A stretch of DNA of 64,000 nt from Octopus bimaculoides (lineage: Eukaryota), in NCBI RefSeq assembly GCF_001194135.2, contig NC_069000.1, positions 7,207,559 to 7,271,558 of the forward strand. The letters are read 5' to 3'. The stretch's first letter is position 1, and every line of letters begins with the position of its first letter. Shown here in pieces: positions 1 through 13,138 of the stretch. The notes under the pieces are model-generated. The model did not search any database and had not been told where the DNA came from. It saw only the letters and a list, made by a program, of their open reading frames with translations. The translations under genes were made by a program, and so were the position numbers.

Positions 1-52
<52 letters not shown>

Positions 53-85
53 GATAGATAGATAGATAGATAGATATGGAGACAG

Positions 86-125
<40 letters not shown>

Positions 126-326
126 TAGACATGCAGATAGATAGACAGACAGACACAATGATAGATAAACAGACATAAACGGGCAGAAAGACAGATATAC
201 ACAGCTAGATAGGGTGATGCAAGAAGGGAGACAGAAAGATGAAGATAGTTAAATTCAATCACATGAAGATATTTTGGTTGTTCACAGACACGAAGATGAT
301 GTGTTGGTCAAATATAACGAAGTAAC

Positions 327-362
<36 letters not shown>

Positions 363-672
363 GAAAGACCTGCTTGTTGGTGGCTCTACAAGCAATGTTT
401 TGTTTGGGGAGGAACATTCATTCACTGCAACCAGAAATCAAGGCTACCACCACCACCACCACAGCCATCATTACCATAACTACTACCACAACTACCACTA
501 CTAACATAACCAAGACTACCACCATAAGCACTACAATCACCACTGCCTCCAGAACAATCATTAATTAAAGAATGGAATGTTTAAATTATTTTAAAAAGCC
601 ACAAATCAATTTATATATAACACACATAATATACACATTATAGACATATGCAGGCAGTAGACAGAAATTACC

Positions 673-720
<48 letters not shown>

Positions 721-1974
721 GATAGACAGACAAATAGATAGATAAGCAGGCAGACAGACATACTGACATGAAAATGTATTGATGAGTGAGACTACCAAGT
801 TTGAGAGAGAGAAAGAGAGAGCCAGGTGAGGGGACAATGTCAGGTAAGTTGGACAAAAGGGAGGTGGAAGGGAGGTCAGTAAACAAAATTTTATTTTAAG
901 AAAATATAAAATAATGAGGGAAATATGAAGAAAGATGAAATGTTCTGGAGTGAGAGAAAGGAAAAAAATGGTAAAAGAGGTGAGATAAGAAGAGATAATC
1001 TGAGAAGACACTGTTGAATATCATGGGAGGGAGTTGAGGTGAATATATGTGATAGGGCGTAGGTGACAGGACGATACAGAATGACCACTGTAACTGAGCT
1101 ATGGCTATACTCTATACGGAACAGAAGGCTATATATACAACAGGAGGTTACAAGAGTGAGACAGGACCCATTACAACTGTTGTCTGATATAAGACAAATG
1201 ATAATGGCCAGGAGGTGGGGGAGGGTTCACTTTAGCTCAGCCTCAAAATTTATTCTTTATTAATGAATGGCCTTAATTAGTAGAAAGATGAACAAAATGG
1301 CTGACAATTAATTAGTCCTGTTCAGGTTTTGACATCACCTGGGTCAAATTTAACTTTCATCATCTGTGGTTGATGAAATGAAGCAGGGGGGTCTAATTAC
1401 TTCACCGACCCCACCACACACATACACTTTAGCATACCCTTCTACCTAAGAAATAAATGATGAACTCAATTTTAAGGCTGGGGTGGAAAAGCTTAACTAG
1501 TTTAACAGTGGGGTATCAGTTTAAAGGGGTGGATGGTAGAAGCAGTTTAAGAGGTAAATGATAAGGTTGGACAAAATACCTTATAGTATTTAGCTAAGTC
1601 CCTGTGCATTCTGCTTTCAGCTCCCACAATGAGTATCACTTTCAAGGGGTCATAAAGTATAGAACAATAGTTCTTGTGTTAGTGTATCTATAATTGTCTT
1701 AACAGCAAAGCTTAACCTGCTAGAGATAACTGTGATGTCTCCCTCAAATCATACAAAATCACATGGTACATTAAATAATAACATGGTCCTAGACATATCT
1801 TACATCTGAATAATAGGTGGGATAGTCACATCTGGAACATGTGTGATCATAAGTCAACTGGGGTTAAACATCAGACAATTATTATAATTAATAACTTTGC
1901 TATTAATTAGCTCCAGTCAAGTGTTCCAGCTGTGACCATCCTGTCTGTTTTGTATAGGACTCCATTGTCTAATG

Positions 1975-2437
1975 CAGTGGTTCTCAATGGGGTTCGTATA
2001 AGATTTTGCTGCTAAAGTTTATGTGCAATCAATTGATTATACTTCTACACTACACAAAATAGTTTAATAAATTTTTTTTTATATAATTCCTAATTAAATT
2101 TAATTATAAAAATATAATAGGAATTTTTTAACCCTTTAAACATCTAATCCAGTCATATCTGACCCAAATATCCTATTTGTCGTATGTTCAAACTGATCAG
2201 ATCCAACCTCTCACACCTACCCTACAATGTCATTCTAAAAATATACAAACACACCATTGAGATTCTGAAGCTACAAGATAATCCGTGATTAATTCAAAAC
2301 AATGTGAATACATAAGCAATACAAAAAAAAAATTTGAAAGCTAAATTGTTAAACATTGAATGATTATGAGGGTTTACCTAAGTAAAACAGAAATCAAAGG
2401 GGTCCAAAAATAAAAACATGGTTGAGAAGAACCATTG
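1975..2437. mobile_element. hAT-type MITE with an 8-bp target-site duplication, carrying a nested piggyBac-like MITE
   Basis: TIRs CAGTGGTTCTCAA / TTGAGA(AGA)ACCATTG, and an exact 8-bp direct repeat GTCTAATG at 1967-1974 and 2438-2445. Confidence 0.8.
2132..2348 (+). mobile_element. piggyBac-like MITE (nested copy)
   Basis: Flanked by TTAA on both sides, starts CCCTTT, and is homologous to the copy at 3186-3424. Confidence 0.7.
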
Positions 2438-3185
2438 GTCTAATGTGTCCATCTTTTTTCAAGACTGTTGGGCATGATTTCACCTTGAGGTCCCCATCCC
2501 CTGGACACGTCTATATTTAATAGCAAACCACAGATTTACAGCAGCTCTGAGGTCTGAAACAATACGAGACCCCTACATTAAATATTTAGATAATATAGTG
2601 ATTGAGGGGGGGGGGGAGACAGCCGATTTACTGGATCAAAGTTGACCTGGGGTTAAATAAGAACCACTCCTCTCTTGCTGTACATTTGGAATTACTGAGC
2701 AGATAACTTCAAATCCACAGCTGTCATTGTTATGGCTTCTCAATACTGTATGTACATCTGTTCATCTCAATATTGTTTGAACATCTGCTCAGTTTTCATT
2801 TTCGAACAAAATACTAGATGTAGGAACACTTGCCTCTGATAAAAGTGTACCATATTTTGACTGTCTTAAATGGTTTTGAACATTGAATTTGGTTCCTGAC
2901 ACCTCTCACTTGTAATGGTCTTTAACAATAGATTTATTGACTGAGTAGTGTTGCTAGGAGTGAGACACATGGGTATTCAAACATCTAATCTACTATGCAC
3001 TATTATTTTCCTTTCAGGGTTGATTAAATAAGTACCAGTCACGCACTGGGATCAATGTAATCAACTATACCCCTCCCACAAATTTCTGGCCTTATACCTT
3101 TAGTAGAAATGATTATCATTATTATTAATAAATAATAATAATAAAGATGGGCTACAGCAAATATTCTGCTCAATATCACAGATAA

Positions 3186-3424
3186 CCCTTTAGCATTTAA
3201 ACCAGTCATATCCAGCCCAAAATATTCTACCTGTTTTATGTTCAAACCAGACAGATCTGGCCTCTCACATCATCATCATCATCATTGTACCCTACAATGC
3301 CATTCTAAAAATACACAACCACATGATCAAAATCTTGAAGCTATGAGATAATGAATGATAAATTTAAAACACAATGTGAATAAATAAGCATTATATTTGA
3401 CAAAGTAATCTGAATGCTAAAGGG
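3186..3424 (+). mobile_element. piggyBac-like MITE
   Basis: TIRs CCCTTTAGCATT / AATGCTAAAGGG with a (T)TAA target. Further copies lie at ~20997-21183 and, inverted, at ~25106-25326. Confidence 0.75.
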
Positions 3425-4234
3425 TTAAAAATAACTGTTAGTAATTCATACACAAAGCCAGCAAGTTTGAGGGAAGGGGTAGTGTCAGTGACTTGAGTAT
3501 TTGGCTGGGTTTTTTTGTTTTTTTTATCAATCCTCTTCTCCCCCAGATGGATGAAAGGTGAAGTTGACCTCGGTGGGAAACAGTAGAAGTGATCAAATCA
3601 AGAGCTGTATCTGACATATTTGATCTCCAACCCACTGGAGATCAAGAAAACATTACAGGTACACTGCACATGGAAAGTCAAAAGAATACTGCTTTTCAAG
3701 GTGGAAAATTGGGGTTTAAAAAAAAAAAAAAGAATACTATTGTTTGTTTTATTAATTCTCTTTGTGTACAATAAAATTATAACATTTTTGATTTTTTTTT
3801 TCGAAGCCCTTGGAACATTTGTATGGATTTTCTAAAGATTTAAATTGTATTTTTATATTTAATGACCCCCCACCCTCATAGGGAAAGAGGTCAACTAGAG
3901 GAGAGGATAGGGTAAAATCCCCCTCACAATACACATATCAAAGTAACTTTCAGTTTGCCTTCATAAAAATCAAAAACAATGTTTTACATTATCATCATCA
4001 TCATTCAGATGTCCTTGCGCTAAAATTGTAAATCAGCAAGATTGAGAATTGAAACCTTGTTGAAGCAACAAGTGTCTATACTGAGACAACAAATTGGTTT
4101 GGCAATCCTTTGGAGAATTGCTGTGAATCAATGCTGGAACACTGATGGCCCCCTTCCTCTTATATTTGTATAAATTTAAAATAAAAGTATACAATACAGA
4201 GGTTCCATCACTGACTCAAGAAATAAAACAAAAA

Positions 4235-4815
4235 GATGTTAGAAAAACCCCTAAAAATGTATAAACAGGTGGTAGAGAACTCCTATAAAGATGTACAAAC
4301 AGGTGATAAAAAAGACCCTAGAAATATGCACAAATCAGTGCTAGAAAACCCTTAAAAAAGATATACAAACAAGTGTCTGAAACATCCTAAAACAGGTGAT
4401 AGAAAAGACCCTAAAATGTACAAACAGGCAATAAAAAGGACCCTAAAAAAATGTATAAGTGTCTGAAAGCCCCTACAACAGGTAGTGGAAAGCCCCACCA
4501 CCACCACCACAAAAAAAAAAAAACGTACAGAAAGGTGTTAGAAAAATCCCTAAAAGATTTCCAAACAGACAGTAGGAAGTCCCTAAAAATATCCACAAAC
4601 CAGTATCAGAAAAATCTATAAAAAGATGTACAATCAGATGGTAGAAAGCCCCTAACAATATGTTACTAACAGGAGACAGAAATACGTAACATCAGGTGTT
4701 TAAAAAACCCTAAAACTATAAAGGTTGCAGAAGTGACCTTAAAAAGATGCATGAACAGATAATGAGAAGCCCCTAAAAAAATGCACAAACAAGTTTTAGA
4801 AAAACCCCTAAAAAA
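4235..4815. repeat. Degenerate minisatellite, ~35-40-bp unit (AAACAGGTGGTAGAAAAGCCCCTAAAAAGATGTAC-like)
   Basis: More than a dozen recognisable diverged units in tandem. Confidence 0.75.
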
Positions 4816-5305
4816 TGTTAAATTTAGATATAATTCACAGCAACAAAAATATTTCTCAGTGTGAAATCCCCAACATCAACAAATTCCCTGAAATGCTTCA
4901 TTTCATTAAAGTTTCATCAATCCTCAATTTTCTCTAATTAATTATTAGTTTTTACTAAATAGCATAGTCCCATGACAAGCCATCAAGATTGCCTAATATG
5001 CTACAAATAACAATCAAAGCTCCTACAAATCACACACCACTACCTTCTTGTAAAAAAAAAAAAACACTGGCTAATGTAGTCCAGGGTTTCCTGCACATAA
5101 TGTATTCACTGGAGATAACATTTGATGAACTTTCAATTTAATGATGTTACAAGTCATGTGACCAGGATAAGTTTACCTTTCAGCAAAACGACAGACACTT
5201 ATTTTGAGAAAGAAAATGAAATTTTGTTCAATTCCTTCCACCTTTTGTAGACACCACTGATGAGACTTCAATAAGGGTCAAAATTTGATTAAGGTTATTA
5301 TTTTA

Positions 5306-5698
5306 GGTGCAGGCACGGTTGTGTGGCTGAGAAGCTTGCTTCCCAACCGATGTGGTCTTGGGTTCAGTCTCACTGCATGGCAGCTTAGGTGTCTTCTACT
5401 ACAGCACTAGGCCAACCAAAACCGAGTGAGGAGATTTGACAAAAGATGGAAACCAAAAGAAGCTCAGTGTGTATATACATGTGTATGTATGTCTGTCTGT
5501 CCCCCACCACTGCTTGACAACAGGTGCTGGTTTGTTTACATCCCTGTAACTTAGTAGTTCAGCAAGAAACCAGTACAAGTACCAAGCTATGAAGATTCAT
5601 TACTGGAGTTGATTTGTTTGGCTAAACCCTTCAAGGAGATGCTCCAGCATGGCGGCAAGCCAATGACTGAAGCAAGAAAAAAAAATGAAAAGAGAAAG
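5306..5698 (+). mobile_element. tRNA-derived SINE family A (full-length copy)
   Basis: A-box-like and B-box-like head (GGTTGTGTGG...GGGTTCAGTC) and a conserved tail CTCCAGCATGGC..CAATGACTGAA. Homologous copies lie at ~9272-9462(-), 11167-11325(+), 13460-13585(+), 21280-21670(-), 21975-22470(+), 33355-33640(+) and 62233-62570(+). Confidence 0.75.
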
Positions 5699-8600
5699 AC
5701 AGGGTGTGTTTTCTTGTGGTATTTGCACTAGAGGGATTGCCATATCCTCAACAAGACTTAAGTAGTACAAGCCCATTGGGATATGCTGAGATGAGGTGAT
5801 AGGGTGGTGCCTGAATGGTGGTTCATACACTGGAACTGTATTTGCTATAATGGTTGTTGAGATAATTCACTTTCAATAGTTTATATTAAGGATTATTCTG
5901 GCCTTTTCCCAAAGACTTCAGACATCTATCAAGCTATAAACAGGAGCCACAGGTTGGTGCAGCTCACTGCTGTAGCTGCAGAATCGAGGAGTGTACTATA
6001 GTTCTGAACTCAACACCTTCAGATTAAATATCTGAAAAAGAGCTACTGCTAATTAAGATAATTATTTATTCAGATTAATTAGTCTCATGATAAGTGATGA
6101 AACATTAAGGTTTCAACTCTAATCTCTCGTCAAGTTTCTTATTCCTGCATATGCCTACAGAAGCAAACTGGATTCAAACTAGGAACTTTTGCGACTTTTA
6201 TATACACTGTGTTATAGCATTTTTATACTCAAAGGCCCTTGTACAGGAGCATAGGTTAATGTAAATAGGCTCTGTTATGCTGAGCTACCACAGAAATATT
6301 GCCATATTAAGGGTTATTCTTCAGTGACTCCACTACAATCTCTTCTTCCTTCACTGCACCATCACCACCAACATCACCTTCATCAATAGGAATGAAAAAT
6401 TTTGTGAGATTACATCTGAATACTCTGGTGGAGGTTAACTGTTTAAAGATCGGCACGAGCCAACAAGAGAATGGTATAGTATATGACTGCTATTTACTTT
6501 GTCCACCTCAATGATAGTTTTCTACTATGAACATAAAAAGAGATAATTAACATATTCAGAATGGCCTGCTACTGTATCAGACATTTCCACTGTTGTCATT
6601 TATGTTGCTAATTACATTGTTCTAATTGCTGTATCCTACATGATCTTTATGTAATAGAACAGCAGATAATATATCTGACATGATATCTTTACATAAGGAT
6701 ACAGTGGATAATATATCCGAAATGATGTCATCTTTATGCAAAACACAGTGGATAACAGTGTTGTACAATAAGGTTTTAGGAGTTCAAGCCTCAGGAGAGT
6801 GTGTGCATTTCTATGTATTTTCCATATGGTTTATTCAAGAAGAAGGATCAACAATAATGACCTTCACTGGACTGTAGAGACAGATAATATTGATTTGGAG
6901 AAAGAGACAGTGACCTGTTTGTGATTGGTGATTTGGATGGTAGTTGTGAGTTTTAAAGAGCTCAACCTGATGGCAGAGATAACTGGTTGAACAGCAATCA
7001 TCAACTCAGTTTGAAAGGGTGGGATTTCTAGAGGATTAATGTCCTGGAAAGGAAGAATTGGGCATAATGGTTAGTGCAGGGCTTGGGTGTGGGGCACAGT
7101 ATGAGTGTGCACATGTGCGTGTGCATAAAATATCAGAATAGAATAAAATAGAGAATAAAGTACAACAGAAAATTATCTTTAATAGTAAATAGTTCTTTGA
7201 ATTAATAGTCTCAGTTATGTAGAGAATTAAATTGAAATCATTCATTCTGAAAGTATTAATCATATTTTACTGCTAAAGTAAACCAAGGCCAGTTAAGCAC
7301 TATATAAGTGTACTAAGATACATAGTTGCAAATCAGTATTGTGAAGAAGTGGGATTCACTACTGTTAGTACCACAACTATTGTATAATGTAGACAAATAC
7401 TTGGTAAGCTTGCAAGACTAGATGGAGCTTAGAGAAGAACAGGGAGAAATCACCATACAATTACACAGTGTTCATGGACTCTCGAATATTGGGGGACAAC
7501 CTGAAAGTAATGGGGCTTGGCTTCAAACAATAATTCAGTAACTCGAGAAATAGAGCTAAAAAAACAAACAAACAACATCATTATACACAACATTTGCAGA
7601 GATTTCTACATGTTGTTGTCTAGCCCAAAGTCAACTCTGCTCCAGCAGACCTATAAAAGCCCATCCAACTCTTTTCTAACTCAAGCCTGGTTTACCCAGT
7701 TTCCATGACATATTAGTGACTGAGATCACAATAAAAACCCTAAACATGATGCCCATCTGTTGCTGGATTCACGGCCAGTAATTGTGAAGGGAGGAGAAGC
7801 CAATTACATTGACCCCAGTTTTTGACAGATGCTTTATTTTATTGATATCCAAAGGAATGAAAAGCACAGGTAACCCATGCAGGACTTGAATTCAAAACAT
7901 AAAGAGTTACAAGAATTGTCTGACATGCTGACAATTCTGCTAGCTGGCTGTTTATCCACTTTTTATTCAAACATAATGTAACAAAGACTATATTATCCAA
8001 TGAGCTCATTCTGTCTAACACTGTGGGGTATGACCATGGAGACTTGGTTGGTAGTTTTAGCAGACCAAGAAACCATGTAGAAATTTCATTGACCCGAAAA
8101 GGATGAAAGGTAAAATTGACTTTGGTGGGATTTGAACTCAGAATGCAAAGAGCCAGAATGCTGCTAAGCATTTTGGCTAACATGCTAACAATTCTACCAG
8201 CTCAATAATAATAGCAATAATTATATTCCTGAGAGTTTATGAGACTCTCAAAAATAACCAAATAAACCAAATATAATTAAAATCTCTTTCTGCTTTAAAT
8301 GTATTGACCATTTCACTAAGGACAAGTTATCATGTGATCATCTCTTTTAAAGAACTTCAAAAGCCACAAAACCAACATCTCTGAGAAGGAATTCCCTTGT
8401 TTAAAAAATAAAAAGAGGCCATCACCAAATTTCATTAAGAATTTCTGAAATTGGCCAAACAATTAACCCATCAGAGGTCAGTCAATTAACCCAGCTGAGG
8501 TCAATCCAATTTGATGTTCACTAATTTTCACAGTTTAAAAAGAAATTACACCAAAATAATACACTAAAAGACATGAAACGATAAACAGACCCACTTCAAT

Positions 8601-10520
8601 ACACCTGTCTTGTTTCTGAACTTTCTATAATGTATACAACAACCAAATATGGAAATAACATTGACACAAAATAGGGGATTTTTTGAAAGGAAGGGAAGTT
8701 GAAAAAAAAGGTGGGTGAGATTCAAAAACATGACATCCAATGAACAGAAAGAAGAATATAAAGGATTGTTTGAGATTGTGTACAATATTGATTTTTAGGT
8801 TTAGTCACAAGACCAGAAATTTTAAAGGGAAAGAAGTTAGTTAAGGTTAAGCTGACCTAGTACAAGACTGGTACTTATTTACTCGATTACAGCGACATTT
8901 AGTTAGAATATAGAGGGATGTAACAAAATACCAAAAGTCAGATGTTTCACTGATTCTACAAAGTGTATAATATTTAATGTCTAACCCTGACACAAAGCTC
9001 CCACAAGGGGAGGATGCAGTCATAACTGACCTTGGTATCTGTCTGGTAAATTTATTTTAACTCCAGGAAGAGGAAAATCAAAGTTGACTTTGACAGAATT
9101 TGAACCTGCAACTAAATGCCACAAATCACATTGTTCAATGACATCTTGTCCACCAGTTTTACTGATCTGACACCTTACAGTTAGTGTGAATGATAATAAT
9201 AATAATATGAAAGGTAGGAAATGAACAACACTCATTTACAACTACCACAAGATGTCAAAACAAAAGGACATGCACACACATACAAACAAATACACACACA
9301 CCTACATGATGGGGCTCTTTCAGTTTCTGTCAACCAATCCACTCAGAAAGCTTTTGTCAGCATGGAATCATACTAGAAGACACATGCTAAAGTGCCACAC
9401 AGTGGGACTGAACTTGAAGCCATATAGTTGGTAAGTAAGCTTCTTAACTACACACCCATGCAAACTTCTTAACCTCACAGTCATGTTCTATAGAGAAAAT
9501 TTAATTGAATTTGGATATCATTGCTGTGTGAAATATTGTTTTACAAAAAAGACAAGAATGCTTCCTCTAAAAGAAGCTATAGAAGAAATGTTTAACTGAT
9601 TACATGAAGATATTGATATTTCTAGTAGAAAAAAGCAGCAAGCTGACAGAATTGTTAACACACCAGACAAAATGCTTAGCAGCATTTCAACTGTCTTCAT
9701 GTCCTGAGTTCAAATCATACCAAGGTCAACATTGCCTTTCATCCTTTCAGGAGTCAATAAAATAAGTGTCATTTGACCACTAGGGTCAATGTAATTGACT
9801 TACCCCCACCCATGAAATTGCTAGCCTTGTGTCAAAATTCGAAAGCAACATTTCTAGTAGAAAAAAAAATGCAACAACGTTGATTAAAAGAACAACATCC
9901 TGTTTTCAACCCCAGCTTTTTAAAGTCTGAATAAGTGTGTTAAGCTACAGTTGTTTAGGTAAATAATCATACTGTAAGAAACAGTTTAAGCCCAGTGACC
10001 CACATTAATGAACTAACTACAACATTCAGTACTTTCTCGTAGTAGTTGTCTGTTTATAAACTCACTAGATAGACTTAATAATCAAGTGTTGCATGTCTTG
10101 GTCATAGACACCATATATAAACACAGTTAACAGTAGATAAACATGGGCAGATTACAGGTACTCCCTCAGAACTTGTCTATAAAAGAACCACAGTGAATAG
10201 TAACTAAAGCCAATAAAAGAACTGTAAACAAGAGAGAGCCTGTGTGGTGTGTCTGGGAAATAAAAGCTAACATTTCTGGCAGGTAATTTCATTCAAGAAG
10301 AAGATAGGAGGGAAAATACCAGAATCCAACTAAAAACTCCACCTAAAATGTCAGAGTCTGCTTCTTCTCACAGTCCATCAACATATATCTCTTTTGTTTA
10401 GATTTCTTACGATTTTATCCAGATAGCAATGCTGACCATCATTACCAACAGCTAAAACTATAACACTAGTTACCAATACAAGACTTTTAAGAATCTTGAA
10501 ATTACAAAGATATATGTATA

Positions 10521-11040
10521 CAGGGTGCAATGGGCAAATTGTCGCCATTTTCTATTTTTAATTTTGCCAATTACATGGTATAGTAGGGTCAGTTGGGCAC
10601 TGTTTGTGAGAAAAGTAGCATCATGATGCAATTCACTCTGTTAGAAATTTGGAAATGACATGCAGTATGCTTGGTATTCACTCTAATACAAACACAGAGT
10701 GTTTGCATATCAATCTGAGGACAGACTGTCCCCAAAACACGTACCAAGAGTGAGAAAAATCAAACATCCAGTCAACATCATGATGTTTGGAGTGATCACT
10801 AGTGATGGCAACGTTATGCCTTCATTCACCAACTTCAACTAGGAGACTGTCCAGAAGAGTTGCAGGAGATTCCGAAGTTGTCTGGAGGCTGTGGTTGAAG
10901 CCAATGGCGATTTTATTGAATAAATTTATTCTTTAGCACTTCAAAATATTTTTATGTAATTTTGATAAAAATATGTTAAAATGAGATGTTAGTGTTATTT
11001 TCATTTTTGAGTAATTTAGATGACAATATATTCACTGCAC

Positions 11041-11044
<4 letters not shown>
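10521..11044 (+). mobile_element. Internally deleted Tc1/mariner-superfamily element (~520 bp)
   Basis: TIRs CAGGGTGCAATGGGCAAATTGTC / GACAATATATTCACTGCACCCTG, TA on the left. Remnant transposase motifs KHPVNIMMFGVITSDGNVMP and ETVQK.CRRF...LEAVVEANGDFIE*. Confidence 0.75.
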
Positions 11045-11078
<34 letters not shown>

Positions 11079-11084
11079 CGTATG

Positions 11085-11123
<39 letters not shown>

Positions 11124-12099
11124 GAGAGAGAGAGAGAGAGAGAGAAACAAAAGTGATATATGAGTAGGTGCAACAATGGCTGAGTAGTGAAGAAGTTGGC
11201 TTCACAACCACATGGTTTCAGGTTAATTCCCATGGCACCATGATAAGTGTCTTCTATTACAACCCTGAGCAAATGAAAGCTTTGTAAGTAAAAATGGCAG
11301 ATGGAAACTATGTAGAAGCCAGCTGTGTGTGTGCGTGCATGTAAGTATGTATGTGTGCATGCACATGTGCACACACATACTTGTATTTTTTTATTTATGT
11401 ATTGATAATACCTATGTTCTCTTTGTGTAAACAATGTCACCACTTAGGCAGCAGTGTTATTGTTTGGACTTGCTGTGGAAACATGTCCAGTCATTGAGAA
11501 GTTTGTTGTATGAAAGACAATGGAAGTAAGTATTTCACTTGTAAACAATAAGGGTTGGTGACAGGTAGAGCATCCAGCTGTAGAATACTGCATCACCAAG
11601 ACACATCCAGCCCCAACCCATGCTAGCATGAGAAAATAAACGTGATGGTGATGATGATGACAGAATTGATGGGTTGAGGAGGTAACAGACAAACCAGTAA
11701 AATGGTTGGCAGTTCATATTTCTTTAGTAGTTCAGCATCTTGTGAGTGTGGACAAGAAGACAATTAACTCTGTAATGAACTAATCTAATTAGTTGTAAAT
11801 AGAAATGTACAGTACTGTAAAATTGTAGTGTTTTCAATAATTTGCAACAAGAAGGCCAAGAAGAACATGACAGTAATGGAAAAACTCAGAGTAGCAACAG
11901 TAAAATCTCAGCTTTATATATATACATATGTAAATATATGCACATACAGATGAAAATTTTTGCAACTGAAGATTGGTAAATATGAAACTCAGACAAAATG
12001 ATTTGTGAAGTTTTCAGTTTTCAATGGAATCTGATATTTCACCCTCTCTTCTCCCACCACACACACACACTTTACTATAGAGTATTCTTTTTTCATGTA

Positions 12100-12147
<48 letters not shown>

Positions 12148-12689
12148 CATGTGTGTATGTATATATATAGCATAGCAAAATTCTTGTCATTTGTAACAGG
12201 TTAAAAACCTTCAAGTAACTCCAGCATACAGGCAATAAAAATAATAAAAACAATGTGATAATAATTTCTAATTTAGGCTCAAAGCCAATAATAATAATGT
12301 TAAAAATAATAATAATAATGATAATAATTAATGTTAATTATAATTTTTCTAGTTTAGGGATAAAATAAGTAATTTTGAGGTGGTGGGGCTAGTCAAATCA
12401 TCATTTTATTTTATTTTAATTATTTATGTAAAATAGTACAGAATTTGACCTTGGAAAGGAGGAACAACAAAGTCAATCCTGGCAGGATTTGATCTCATAA
12501 ATAAAAAAAGCCAGAACACTAACAATACCAACAATAGTAATAATTAACAATAAATAAAATCCTATTCTACCCAGTACATTTATAAAAGATTTTATCTCAG
12601 ATATAAACTGCAGTATCATGCCTGTCAGCAGTGTATATACATAAAGTATGACACAGATGATTATATATATATAATTATCAAAAGTTTAG

Positions 12690-12812
12690 AACATTATATA
12701 TCCATCACAGCCGATCTTACCAATTGGTTTCGCGTTAGGGGTACAATGGAGTGTTAGGTAACAATCTGATCATATAACCCAATGCTCATCAGAGGTAGCC
12801 AATATGGACTGA
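12690..12812 (-). ncRNA. Hammerhead-ribozyme-like repeat, copy 1
   Basis: Minus strand: CT-CTGATGA (12792-12786), stem II GCATTGGG/CCTAACGC, GAAA (12731-12728), ACCAATTGGT palindrome, GUA triplet, then AG-ATCGGCTG, which pairs with upstream CAGTCCAT at 7 of 8 positions. Confidence 0.6.
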
Positions 12813-13093
12813 AATACGGCAACTGCTCTCTAGAGTTGGTATATATATCAACATATTGATGATAATGACTGGTGTTTGTTAGGAACTTTGTTTTCTCAGG
12901 ACAAAGAGATTCTCTTTAAATAACACACAAAACAATCAATATTGATTTCTGTTGGTTTGGCACAAGGGTCCTTGTGTTTTTAACAAAGGGAGATGAAGAG
13001 TAGAAAAATCCTTATTGTTCTTTGGCTTAGGTCAGCTCTGACTGAGCAGACTTTTGAGCAAAAGTTATTCCAGACATGACTGTCCTATAATTT

Positions 13094-13138
<45 letters not shown>

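Noticed and set aside
1063-1263. 66-aa ORF with non-repetitive composition
   Set aside because: No splice context or recognisable motif.
5250-5295. CTGATGAGAC..GTCAAAA hammerhead-like core
   Set aside because: GAAA is broken and no stem I or III pairing could be built; at best a decayed remnant.
5306-5400. tRNA gene call for SINE heads
   Set aside because: They have A/B-box-like motifs but no full cloverleaf, and they continue into a repeated SINE body.
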